From positions 44,268,001-44,332,000 of the forward strand of contig NC_042998.1 of NCBI RefSeq assembly GCF_006345805.1: a stretch of DNA of 64,000 nt. The letters run 5' to 3'. Within the stretch, counting starts at the first letter, position 1; every line of letters begins with the position of its first letter. The notes under the pieces are model-generated. The model did no database searches. It was not told the DNA's origin and worked only from the letters and a program-made list of their open reading frames with translations. Both the position numbers and the translations under genes were made by a program. The stretch is from Octopus sinensis. Lineage: Eukaryota. This document shows, in pieces, positions 1 through 12,300 of the stretch.

Positions 1-1010
1 CTGTGGAGTGGGGGTGTTATCAAATGGAATTTATATTAAAAGCTTTCTTGTTCACGTGGGATACAGGATAAGGGTTCCAGAAGGAGCAGCATTCGTTGAA
101 AGTGCTTGTATGTGCATTGCATATCCTTACACGTATAAACATATGTAGAAAACATACAAACACAAACATCACACACATAATAATTTCTATGCATCGATAC
201 GCGCAGACACGCACAAATGTACATTTATGTGTATACACATATATTCACACGCACACACATATCTGTGTGTGTGTGTGTTTGTGTATGTATATGTATATCT
301 ATGTATGTATGTATGTACGTAAGTATGTGTGTGTTTGTGTAATGTTATTACCTTTATTAGATCTCACGGGAGCTAAAACTTAAGTGACACGGAGATTGGT
401 CTGATATATTATTGAATGAGGTGAATGCGTGGGAGAAAGGAGAGAGACCGCGAAAACCTACGCCAAGAAGATCCATGAACGGAACCAGCCATGAAAATGG
501 AGAGCTCTATGCCTGCAAAGGCCACTAAGGAAATGAAGATAACTGGCCCTGCAGTGATAGTTAAGGAGATGCAGACGAGATTCAAGCATATGTAGTTATT
601 CAAGCATGTTGAAACGACGACGACTAAGACCACCGAACTAGTTAAGGGACCAAGACGGCGATGAAGAGAATCTTCATACAGTAATGAATGTATAATACCA
701 ATGTATGGTGAATCAACAGATATCATGTAACGATAACTGATCGATTTGAAATGATTATAGATAAAGTAAATCGTTTGGCAGAGCGAATGATTAGTCAAAA
801 TCAGTGTAAAATTGTTAATTAATTGGCGCCTAGATATACAGAGAGGATCTATTTTAACGAGATTTGGTGTCGCTTCAAGCTTGCAATTGCGTAATGAATT
901 GAAATTTGAGAGTATCGACAAAGTATTACGAGTAACTGGTGTACAATAATAACACGTAAGGTGTGGGATCTTATTTCGGTTTATTAACTTAAGTATTTTA
1001 AATATATATT

Positions 1011-1224
1011 TCTTTACTACCCACAAGGGGCTAAACATAGAGGGGACAAACAAGGACAGACAAAGGGATTAAGTCGATTACACCGACCCCAGTGCGAAAC
1101 TGGTACTTAATTTATCGACGCCGAAAGTCGACCTCGGCGGAATTTGAACTCAGAACGTAACGGCAGACGAAATACGGCTACGCATTTCGCCCGGTGTGCT
1201 AACGTGTCTGCCAGCTCGCCGCCT
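1011..1224 (-). mobile_element. tRNA-derived SINE, family I (CORE-like central domain)
   Basis: Reverse strand reads aggcggcgagctggcagacacgttagcacaccgggcgaaatg...gttctgagttcaaattccgccgaggtcgac...gataaattaagtaccag...gggtagtaaaga, with a B-box-like GAGTTCAAATT. Related copies at 13888, 22425, 46030 and 59830. Confidence 0.8.
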
Positions 1225-1741
1225 TTTATAGTTTAAAATATAGTTTAAAATACACTGTGGAGCTGTTCGTGCGCATACCCTGGGTTAACATAGTTTTAGC
1301 GTAAGCAATGCAAAAAATCTCTTTAACTTTAAAATTTTTATGTGTAATTTCGACTTTTGTGCTTTTTCTTTTTCACACTTTGCTTGTTGCTCTTTCCCCG
1401 CTACGTTTGATTATTTCTGATTGTTTCAAGGTGTATTTTTATGATTAAATCTGTATTGAGTTTTGTTGCGTAGTTTATTCTGTTCTTTGTAGTATTCTAC
1501 GCAATATATGTATCTACTTGCTTCTGTTTCTGTCTGTGTGCATGCCTGTAGGACTAAGAGGTATGTATCTCTGTATATCTCCAGTTTTAAATATTCCATT
1601 CTGTTATGTCCTGCAGAGCAATGTAAAATATACATCAGACTGAAACAAATAATTGGATTGATACGACCGTCTAAAATTATCGAAGGCGATACTTTCTGCA
1701 TGCCTACACTAGGCGGCAAAAAGTAAAAGTCTATATACCTA

Positions 1742-1885
1742 TATATAGTTCAGATTCATGGAACAACAAAAAATGAAAACAGGTGTAGCAATAACAAGCA
1801 GGTGTATTAGTTAAACAATAGAGGAAATGGAAAAGTCTTTTTACGTTTCGAGCCTACGCTCTTCGACAGAAAGGAATAGGAGAGA
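1742..1885 (-). mobile_element. Penelope-type pseudo-LTR remnant, family B, with hammerhead-like motif at 1839-1872
   Basis: Minus strand: ttt CTGTCGA A GAGC gtag GCTC GAAAC GT A aaa. The flanks match the copy at 30290-30456. Confidence 0.6.
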
Positions 1886-1924
1886 CAAAAATTAAGCGCG
1901 GTCCAATATTTATATATATAAAGC

Positions 1925-2077
1925 TAGTGACTGTGTGGTAAGTAGCTAGGTTCAGTCCCACTGCGTGGCACCTTGGGCAAATGTCTTCTACTATAGTCTC
2001 GGGCCGACAAAAGCCTGGTGAGTGGTTTTGGTAGACAGAAACTGAAAGAAGCCCGTCCTTTATGTATGCATATATAA

Positions 2078-2139
<62 letters not shown>

Positions 2140-2365
2140 ATATGTTTCTGTGTCTGCGTTTGTCCCCCACCAACATCACTTAACAACCAATGCTGGTCTG
2201 TTTATGTCCCCGTAACTTAGCAGTTCAGCAAAAGGGACCGATAGAATAAGTAGTAGGCTTTAAAAAGAATAAGTCCTGGGTTGATTTGCTCAACTAAAGG
2301 CGGTGCTCCAGTGTAGCCACAGTCAAATGACTGAAACGAGTAAAAGAGTAAAAAGAGTAAAGAGT
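1925..2365 (+). mobile_element. tRNA-derived SINE, family II, with internal (TA)n(TG)n microsatellite
   Basis: Head ctgtgtggtaagtagctaggttcagtcccactgcgtggcaccttgggcaa; tail gtcaaatgactgaaacgagtaaaagagtaa. Same organisation as the copies at 15654, 17951 and 59183. Confidence 0.85.
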
Positions 2366-3084
2366 AGGAGTAAGCGAATTAGACAGATCAATATATAAGT
2401 TGTATCTTGCAATTATTATTCTTTTCTCCTAAATTAGTAGCTGGTATTTTATGCGCGTATTTCTTGATTTGTAACATTCACAATCGGTTTTGAATTCTTA
2501 ATCTTGTTCTTTCCTAAATACGAATATTATATGATTGGGAAATACTGAATGTGTGAATGCATATAGTTTACCTCTACAGGTATGCAGCAACTGCTTCTGA
2601 GAAAATCCTACAAACTGCATCTAATTTATGATACAGCGAGGAATTTTTGGTCATGTGAATTAATCGGATATTTTTGATTTATAGGAAAACTGTAGTGTTC
2701 CTTTGGTCGGCAGCATTTCTAAATTTCAAAGTAATGACCAGATCAAGCTTTCATTTACCAGAATGTTATATAATATCCCCTAGTCATAAGATTCAGTCAA
2801 GTCTATACCGAGAAACTTTCAGATTTTCTACTAATCGCATCAATCTAATATATTTGATCCATTTTCCCAGAATAGGAGACACTAACCCATTAACCTGTTT
2901 GAATAAATAGGAGGGATATCAATTTTGATGTAATTGTGATTAGAAGTAGCCTTTTGTAAGTAAGTAGATATACACAAGCAGTGTCTTAATGCAATTTCTC
3001 CCTTTCCTTATACGAATTATTTACAACCGCTTTCCGATCTGTCCATTACGTTTCAGCGTTGACTGAAAATATCTATGCTTGCAT

Positions 3085-3213
3085 ACGTCTGTATGTGTGC
3101 AATAATGTACGTGTATCGGACATGCATGCATACACACACACACACACATACATACTCACATGAATTTATATATACGTACATATATGTATGGTGTATATAT
3201 ATATGTGTGTATC

Positions 3214-3259
<46 letters not shown>

Positions 3260-3273
3260 TATATACATATATA

Positions 3274-3360
<87 letters not shown>

Positions 3361-3461
3361 CATATATATACACACACACATATATATATATACATATATA
3401 TATATTATATATATATAATATATATATACACACACATATACATATATATATATATACACAC

Positions 3462-3550
<89 letters not shown>

Positions 3551-3592
3551 ATATATATAATATATATATATATAATATATATATATATATAT
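3085..3592. repeat. Long compound (TA)n/(CA)n microsatellite
   Basis: Directly visible. It accounts for all the YI/IY-rich ORFs between 3053 and 3626. Similar tracts lie near 40260-40730, 42180-42320, 47090-47280, 48720-49050, 51578-51780, 56850-56940 and elsewhere. Confidence 0.98.
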
Positions 3593-3915
3593 AAGAGTCA
3601 ATAGGAAGAGTAAGTACGGTTAGCATTTTAATTGCTACAAATATTTCGATATATACCGATCCTCGTATATACAGAATTTAAACTTTGGATAAAAATCATT
3701 TAACGATTTACCTGTATAAGAAGATATGTATGTATCTCCTCAGGCGATACTCAGTTGCTGTCTCCGTTTAGTAAATGGAGATTTCCATACTACAAAATCC
3801 ATGAATTCTTCTATGTAGCTATGTAGATATAACTATGTACATAAAAATGAGTAGATAAATGTATAAGCGTCTATGTATAGATGTAAATGTAGGTGAGTAT
3901 ATGTATGCGTGTGTG

Positions 3916-3951
<36 letters not shown>

Positions 3952-4106
3952 TAGACGAATGAATTATCTTATTTCGGATAATTCGAAAGATAACCGATAC
4001 CTGGGTAGCAAACTCACAACAGAAAGGGCACGGTTGAAGTTACGACCATAGCGCATAAAACCCATGCCTTAGTGCGGAAATTTGAAGTTTTATATATTAA
4101 GTATAC

Positions 4107-4195
4107 GAAAGAATGGAGCTGAACGAAGATTTAACAAAATTCCTTTATTCCTAATAAAGGAATTTTGTTAAATCTTCGTTCAGCTCCATTCTTTC
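4107..4195. repeat. Perfect 43-bp inverted repeat with a 3-nt loop
   Basis: gaaagaatggagctgaacgaagatttaacaaaattcctttatt-cct-aataaaggaattttgttaaatcttcgttcagctccattctttc. Pairing extends about 7 bp further beyond one C-C mismatch. Confidence 0.97.
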
Positions 4196-4994
4196 CTATA
4201 CTTTATATATATATATGTCTGTGTGTGTGTGTGTACGTGTCTGCGTGTGAGTGTATGTGTGCGTGTGTGTATGGAAACACTCAGTGTTGTATGGTATATC
4301 GGTGTGTAAGTGATTGTATAAGTATGAGCTAATGGATGAATTATCTTGCGTAATGGTACAGTTTGGCATGTGCAGAATAATGTTGAAACTGAATAACTAA
4401 ACAGACAACGTGCACGTTGCAGGCCATGTCGAACGTGATAGCACACTCAACCCGAGCGAACTGAAACGGTCATCCTTTGTAGTTTCAAAGAAGAAGCCAA
4501 TGATGTTGTAGCATGGAAATCTAGATTTACTTACGGAGACAGCAACTGAGTATAGTTTGTGGAAATTCATATAGATCTTCTTATACGGGTAAATCATTAC
4601 CTAATTTAATTTAAACTTAACTTTAAATCCTGTATATATGAGGAGCTGCATGTATCGAAACATTTGTAGCCATTAAAAAGCTGCCTAACCATACCTACTC
4701 TTCCTTTTGACTCTTTTACTTTTTACTTTTTATTTTCACACACGAGGAATAGCTAAGACTAGAATTGGTAGCATAAAATAAGTATGCTCCCAGCTGTTTG
4801 GGAATTCTAAGGGTGAACGATCTCTATTTGTACTCTTATACGTTCTTAACAGAACACACCTCAAGTGACTATATATATATATATATGCGGTACCCCAGCA
4901 TGGTCACAGCCTCAGGGATGAAACATAAAAGAATACACATATATGTGTATGTCTGTGTCTGCGTGTATCTGTCTGTGTAACTGCACGCGTGTTG

Positions 4995-5140
4995 TTACTG
5001 TTTTCTTTCTCCTCTTTAGATTTCTCCGTCTTCCTTTCCGATGAGCTATAATAGAAATGTCAAAAACTCTCTCTTTTTAACCTAGCGTCAGACTACTACA
5101 TTCCATATGCACGCCTTCTTGTTTGTTGTTATTGTTTTAA
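4995..5140 (+). mobile_element. Degenerate Penelope-type pseudo-LTR remnant with a broken hammerhead core (5035-5065)
   Basis: ttt CCGATGA gctataata GAAAT GT C aaaa in a pyrimidine-rich context like the other pLTR remnants. Stem II and C15.2 are damaged. Confidence 0.35.
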
Positions 5141-7814
5141 TGATCGTTTATTTGATTTGACTAGATATATGTGTTGTACATTAGATTGATCACATAACGT
5201 CAAAAGATGATATCAAATAAAACAGTTAATTACACAGGCTAACAAGCATTAAGTAAGTCCTCACTCAATTTACTAAGTATTTAGACTTCACTTATCTAAA
5301 ATGTTCAACCTCATCTCCCATATCTTCCACAAAACCCTACAGCTGATATTTGTTTCCGACTGAAAAGATTTCTTGAAATCTCTGCCTACGATCTTTCGAC
5401 CACTACAATTAACAGCATTCTAGAAAATTTTAGATAAACAATATTCATTGCAGCTCTGTCGAAGACTAAATATCAAAAGCATGTTCTCTCCTGGAGATGC
5501 ATGAAGATCAAAATCAGAATTCTTTCCTTCCCGAAGCTTATCACACACTGATCAGAACCAATGAGCGTACAGATAATCAAGCTGCAACTTAAAACTTTTG
5601 GCGTCTAATTCCCTTCAGTGTGAAATTGGAAATCAGTTTATCAGATTTACTACGTAATCTGCCACATATCGCATCATTATGAGCCATGGTTAGAAGTAAT
5701 TACGCTACGCTTCGCACCAATCTTGCCCACACCTGGTTTACACGTTGGTATAAACGCTAGTAATTAAGCTCAATGTATTGTAACAGAAATTAACGATTGT
5801 TCTTATTCTCGACCATTGCTTCAGGGATTACCAAAGAGAAATATAACGTGCATTGCTCAGAAATATTGTAAAAGATATTGCGTAAAATTAGAAAAACAAA
5901 TATTGAAACAAATAATATTTATTCATAATGTGTTAAACTCTAATATATATATTTCATTGGTTTATGTAACAGTGTGACAAACTCTCACGGTCTCAGTTTT
6001 ATATAATTACAGATAAGATCATTTATAAAGAAGCTGACATTGAATAGCTGATTTAAGTTTTCCTAACGTCAGTTTGTTTGTATTACCGATTTGTTTCATA
6101 AGTCTTGAGAGGCGTTTAATCAATAAATGTTCTATTTGCTCAATCTGATTCTTTAGGCATTAATAATGATTTTGCCAAGGTTGATTAATTAAAGGCTATC
6201 ATGCTGGAAATTGAAATGACTGCTTGAGAGACAAAGAATATATATCTTATGACTGGTGATGTAGGTCGTAAATGAAGATAACTTTCATTATTTGACTCAG
6301 GAATAAACAGGAAAGAAATGATGGAAAAACCAAGATTTCTGTGCACACATATGGAAAATGCGAGATAGCACACTACGTTACACACACACACGCATAAAAG
6401 CGCGCGCGCACGTTCACCCAGACACTTTCACACACAAGCACATACACACGTAAATGAAAATATCGCATGGAAATCATTGTTATACGACCATATGAATAAG
6501 CATGTATAACTGATGCAAAATTACGTTGTACGGTGCTCATAAACAGAGGGCGTTGTAATCACAGAGAGCATAACCAACTGTCTTAAAGATGGTGAGATAT
6601 GAAAAATTTTCGTCTACTTTTTCTTACAGGTCAAGTGACCACGAAGAAACGCCTCCGTCGATTTGCGAGACATAAAATCAAAGAGATAGATATAAAACAT
6701 TATTAAAATTAAATAAATCTGAAGGAAATGAAGTTGTAAAAGAATTCGAGTAGGCGGACGTAACATTAACAATTACAGAGATTAAATGCAACGATGTAGT
6801 GAGCGAAGTAGAGAGATAGTTGAAGAGATGTTAAACAAATGAGATTGAGAAATAAAGAAAGGGTGAGAAAAATAGAGACTGCCAAGCACTTCACCAGAGA
6901 TGGAATACTGATTGATGTTATAGGATAAATTATGAATTGTAAGAGTAATGTAAAATTGTTATAACAGTTAAAACTAAAGGGTGGGGAAGATGTGGAAGAG
7001 GAGGAGGGAGATGATAAAAATGTTTGTAGAGGAAGGAGAGCAACGATAAATGCGAGGCGAGGAAATATAAACAGAAAAGAAGTTGGTGAGGAGGTAATGC
7101 CGAAGGAATGTCACTTTGAATGGATTAAAGTGAAAGTAATTTGTAATGAGCAATGTTCATTTTCTGTCCTAGCATTCTGCTAATCCGCTGTTATGGAGGC
7201 CACGACAAACGGAGCATCCATCAGTCGCATCGCAATAAAGCTGCCTAAGAGACATCGAATGGTAGTCGCCTCGGGATACATCTGCCTCTGATGGGACTGC
7301 TCCATTGCTACTGTCAAATGGAACTGTGGATAACAATTGGTTTACAAGACGGTTATCCGCTCTGTGACAGGTATTGCTTTTAATCCTGCCGAGTGTCCGC
7401 AATAAGTAACAGAAGCAATGTAATCGACCATGAATCGATAATGCGAGATCTAGTACTGCGTCATAGTACTGCCAGAAGCAGAGCAAAGGATATACACCAG
7501 CAAGAATGTATATGTATATATGAATATATGTGTGTGTGTACGTGTGTGTGTGTATGTGTGTGTGTGTACATGTCTATGTTCGTGCTTGTCGGTCTCTGCT
7601 TGAAGATATAAAAAAATATTATTTATATATATCTAAATTCTACGAAATAGATGTTAATTGCTTTGGTCTAAATATATTATGTATCGCTTTGAGTTTTTAA
7701 TGTGCAACAACATTTATACATATACTTAAACATATAAACATACAGATACAGACACACACACACACACACTCACACAGATGCTTGTTTGCATACATACACA
7801 TACATATAATAACT

Positions 7815-8072
7815 ATTTGTGTCTGGCGCCACACGATCTGCAACGCAGTCACCGAGTTTGAGGAACAAAGAAGAGACGCGCTTAAACATAAGAGACGCAG
7901 GAGGAAGGCGGGAGCCGCCTCTGACACCACACCGGATATTACCTTCGTCTGTGGACACTGCTCACGGACCTGCCTTTCCCATATCGGACTTGTTAGTCAT
8001 GAGCGTGCATGCACGCAACGTGGACAGCCTTCCTGGACTTCGTTCGCGAAGCCGAGCCATGAATGAATGAAC
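7815..8072 (+). mobile_element. 5'-truncated RTE-clade LINE, 3' end
   Basis: Translation WRHTICNAVTEFEEQRRDALKHKRRRRK...FVCGHCSRTCLSHIGLVSHERAC matches the RTE/BovB-type C-terminus with a C2H2-like motif. It is followed by cttcgttcgcgaagcc and a (TGAA)n tail. Confidence 0.85.
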
Positions 8073-8107
8073 GAATTTGTGTCTAATATGCTTCATAAAT
8101 AACGTGG

Positions 8108-8270
8108 AAGCATATGGCTTAGTGGTTAGGGCGTTGAACTCGTAGCAATAAGATTGTGGTTTCGATTCCCGTACCGGGCGACGCGATGTACACTTCAACA
8201 AAACACTTCATTTCACGTTGCTCTAGTCTACTCAGCTGATAAAAATAAGTAATCCCGCGGCGACGCGTCA
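8108..8270 (+). mobile_element. tRNA-derived SINE, family III, partial
   Basis: A-box TGGCTTAGTGG and B-box GGTTTCGATTCCC, then cacttcatttcacgttgctctagtctactcagctg, which is shared with the copy at 22035. Confidence 0.75.
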
Positions 8271-9109
8271 AGGTGGAGTATTTATATGCCATGGAAATCG
8301 TGAAACCGGCCCTTCTGAGTCAGCATTACTCGAGTAGGTAACGTTTTTATTTTTGCTTCATAAATAACATTAAATATGGCTCACTAGGAATTATGTACTT
8401 AACTGAAAGTGTGATTAATAAGTATAATTCGATATTCACTTTAAAATTCGTCAGAAGGGGCAGCAAAGACTACAGAAAGGATTGTTGTTTCTGTGTAAGT
8501 CTGTATGTATGTTTGTGAGTGATAGAATTAAGTTTAGAGGAGGTTAATTAAAGAATTGGTCTGTTAATTGGCTAGAATGTAATCTATGAATTACTATAAA
8601 TTATTTTGTATTGATAAGAAGCAGGGGAGATGAGTTGGTAGCATTCTTAGTAATTAAAGGCGGCCTTAGATTGATTGACCTCTAAGTGGAGAGAGTTGAA
8701 ACGCATCAATGTTAGAATAAAAAATATAGAGAGATCTGACAAAGTCACTGAATCAAACCGAAGACATGAGAAGAAAGAAGACAAGAGTGAGAGGAGAGAG
8801 AAGACATGAAATGTAGGTGAAGTAAAGAATGTAGAAATGTGATAAAGATATGAGTGGGAGTAGTGGAAGATAAATTAATGAACAACAAAAAAATTCTAAA
8901 GTCAGTTGTATAAAAGTAATTTTTCATCCATTTACTTTTTTATTTATATTTTATTTCCATTTATTTTCATTTAATTATTTTGTTTAATTACTTCCACTTA
9001 TTTGTCTTACCTATTTACAGAGAGAAAGGGGGTAGAGTGAGGAGAAATAATGATGAATAAAGGAGTGGTGAGAAAAAATTGAGGGAGATGAGGTGAAATA
9101 GGACGAACT

Positions 9110-9370
9110 AGAGAGAAAGGTGTAGAAATGTAGAAAGAGGAGAGAAAGGTGCAGAAATGTAGAAAGAGAAGGAGAGAAAGGTGTAGAAATGTAGAAAGAG
9201 AAGGCGAGAAATGTGTAGAAATGTAGAAAGACAAATAGCAACATAGACAGACAGCCAGATAGACAGACAGACAGATAGACAGACAGACAGACAGACAGAC
9301 GGACGGACGTAGACAGACAGAGAAACACAGACAGAGAGCGACAAACAGACATAGACAGAGAGACACAGAG
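9110..9370. repeat. ~26-29 bp purine-rich minisatellite followed by (GACA)n
   Basis: Four to five copies of gagaaaggtgtagaaatgtagaaaga(gaagg), then gacagacag repeats. This explains the ORFs at 9007-9498. Confidence 0.9.
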
Positions 9371-12300
9371 AATACGGGAGAGAGAAGCCATGTTAGAAAA
9401 AGAGAACATGATAAGGAGAAATATGGAAATAGATAGATGGAGACTGCGTAGAGAATTGTAAAAAACAAAATATATGCTACACCAATAAATTTTAACATTA
9501 GCAGTAGAATTTTTTGGATAAACAGAGTTTATAAAAGAAGACGGAATGAGATCACAATTTAATTATATCAATACCTCAGATTTGTCACACATACAAGTTT
9601 AATCACGTACGATCTTATGAATACCAAAGTAACATTATCATAAAATAAAATAAAAAATAGAATTCAATATTTCTAAATAAGCATTCACAAATATACATAA
9701 ACGTGCGGGAATACAGATACCACCAACGCAGACACATACAGGCACAATCACACACGCACTTATGCAATTTTGCGCGTAAGGCAATAATAGTTAAAATATT
9801 TTGAAAGAGCCCTACATACAAATATACATATAAAGCTGTTCTATACCAAAATGTACAGAAGCGAGAATTTACTGTAAAAAGGTGAGGAATTGGAAATATA
9901 AAAGAGAAAAATATAAACGAAGCAGACAAAACGAAGAGATGGACAGTTTGAACAATATTTGTAGGGATTTAATAGAATTTAGCAGAATGTAAAGACCAAC
10001 AGAAATGTTTATAGACGTAAACTCTAACAGAAAGTGCTTTAAAAAAGGCGCAATTGAGTAAAATGAGAAGACGGTAACACTAGTCTAAAAGAAAACTAAT
10101 TTGAAGTCGTAATTTTCACTTTTGATTTGATTACAAAAGTATCGACTCTTTCTGTTGGTATTATTTTATTAGCACTGCCAATGATAATATATCCTGAGGA
10201 AGGAAACACCTGTGATATACAGAGAGACAAAAGTAAATCAGGGAAGTAATTATTCAAATCAAAGCAACAGTGAAAACTAATCAATGTCATATAGAGCAAC
10301 GACAGTGATAGTCAATGGCGTTTCATTACCGTCTAGTTTGGTGGCATTCAAAGTAATAATATGAAGAGAGCCAATGAGAGAAATAAAAACATTGTCAATT
10401 TTAAAACACAACAAAAGGAGCTAATGAGCAAATCCTCTTTGCAGTCGTTTGTCGTACTAGAAATGCCTGCCAAACTTATCCCAGATACGCTCCCTATCGT
10501 TCTAAAAGAAGAAACTACACACAGATGAATATAACCAAAATTTAAAATGGATTTAGACATATCTTAGAGAATTAACTTTGGTTTACTTAAATACAACAAA
10601 GCACTTGTTATTTCATATCAAGAGAAAAAATGCCATATCTACTCCTAAGCATCACACGGCTAAAACATCCAAATTCAAACTCTTTAAAAGAATCAAACTT
10701 TAAAATACTTCATAATCCTCGATGGTAATTTTTAAGTATCTAGTTTTTCCAAAACTCCCTCTCTAGGACTAGGTTTCCTGATTAGATCGGAGCAGAGGGA
10801 TACTTCTGATCAGTTACTTTCTTGATGTATGAACAATATAGTATTGCATAGCTGCATCTAAACAAGCTTATCAGTTTGACTGGAAAATATTCTCTCAGCA
10901 ACACCTGACGACAACCATCAGCAGATAAACATATCATTTCTTTTAATCTCATCTCTTCATCTCTGCAGCAGTTGTAACTCGTCTGAAATAATAAATTGCC
11001 TAACACCTGCACAAACCACTAACTTTCTACCAGCAGTTCTATTTTTTATTTATTTTCCCATCCCTACAAACTCAACAATAACGAAATTAAGTCTGTCTTT
11101 CTCTCTATCTTTAAATTCTTCTGAAATTTCTCTCACTAAAGATATATTTCTTACATGAATATCTGCTTTTAGAAGTTTCTGCTAATTATTCAGAACATCA
11201 TTACAGGTAGGTTCCGCAACAGTTTGAGTATAAATTCTGCTTTCTTTTGTGCTGCTCTTATTGTTTGTTGTTGTTGTTTGTCTCCAGATCAACCAGACTA
11301 GATCAATCATCAACGGCTTTCGAGCCATGAAGAACGTAGACGACTTCATTTTCAAATACATTCTTCCGTTTTCTAAAGATGATTGGAGTTGTCTTTGAGA
11401 GAAACCTGGCAAACTTTTTTAGTATGCTGAACTGAAATTTAGAGGTTCCTTCATGATTATTCATGCTTACATTCATTCACGCAACACTAAAAGCAAAATA
11501 AAAAACAAATGTGTGTATACATTAGAAAATATAGCCTCTGGGTAAATTATGCTGAAAACCAAAACTGGAATGTTCATATATCTGCTCAGTCAGCAATTCA
11601 GGTTTAACCTGCGCTAAACAAAAATACCAGCCACTCATGATGACTGACATTCTTCATTTCAAATGAATATCCAAGCTAATTTCGATGAAGATAGTTTTAA
11701 ATGTTCATAGAAGGCCTCTAATCAATCTTCAATCTGTTACTGATGGCTAATTATATAATTTAAGAACTCCTTCATAATTTCATGAGAATGAAGAGAGCTT
11801 CTTTGCTAAATGCAATCCAGCTATTTGTCTTGCATTTCTCAATAAATGTCAAAATATTAGTATTTGTTTCTGTGAAGCAAATGTTATCAATATTTTCATT
11901 ATTTCAATGATTCTTCAGACTTCTACTACTGTATGGGGGAAAAATGTTTTCTTAATTATGAACTACAGTTTAAAATATGCTCTTTAGATTGAGATTCTTG
12001 TAAATTTACAGTCACTTGATTTCTAATATTCTCAAGACTCTTTAGCCAGTCGAGCTATTGTACAGGGAATTATTATTTGCATTAGTACACTGTTTTCCAA
12101 ATTTCCAAATTTTATTTCTATGTTACATTTCCAACGCTTTCGCTTCATTGTTTTGCCATACACAATTCAAATATACATACAACAGTACTTACTCATCACT
12201 CATCCACTTTAGATACTGATCAAAGCAATATATTACTGGTAGTTCTTTTACTGTAGTCTAAAGGAATTAACCACAATAAATCACCGAATGAATTTGTACG

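Noticed and set aside
409-1053. 214-aa hydrophobic ORF resembling a membrane protein
   Set aside because: It starts inside a SINE, has no recognisable motif and no convincing splice sites. Hydrophobicity is expected from the antisense of purine-rich DNA.
3053-3626. Many ORFs rich in YI, CV, HT, LSIY and MYVC throughout the window
   Set aside because: They are translations of (TA)n, (TG)n, (GATA)n and (TATG)n microsatellites, which lack stops in some frames. They are not genes.
5735-5761. Possible Helitron 3' end (gtttac...gtataaac gCTAGT)
   Set aside because: The hairpin is weak and AT-rich, with no identifiable 5' end or second copy.
6592-6710. Donor/acceptor pair with a downstream frame GQVTTKKRLRRFARHKIKEIDIKHY*
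   Set aside because: The implied intron is only 38 nt, there is no recognisable homology and no supporting neighbouring exon.
7169-7486. 105-aa ORF in a GC-richer patch
   Set aside because: Only a faint resemblance to a LINE thumb motif (RADNRLVNQLL). Too weak to call as a gene or an element.
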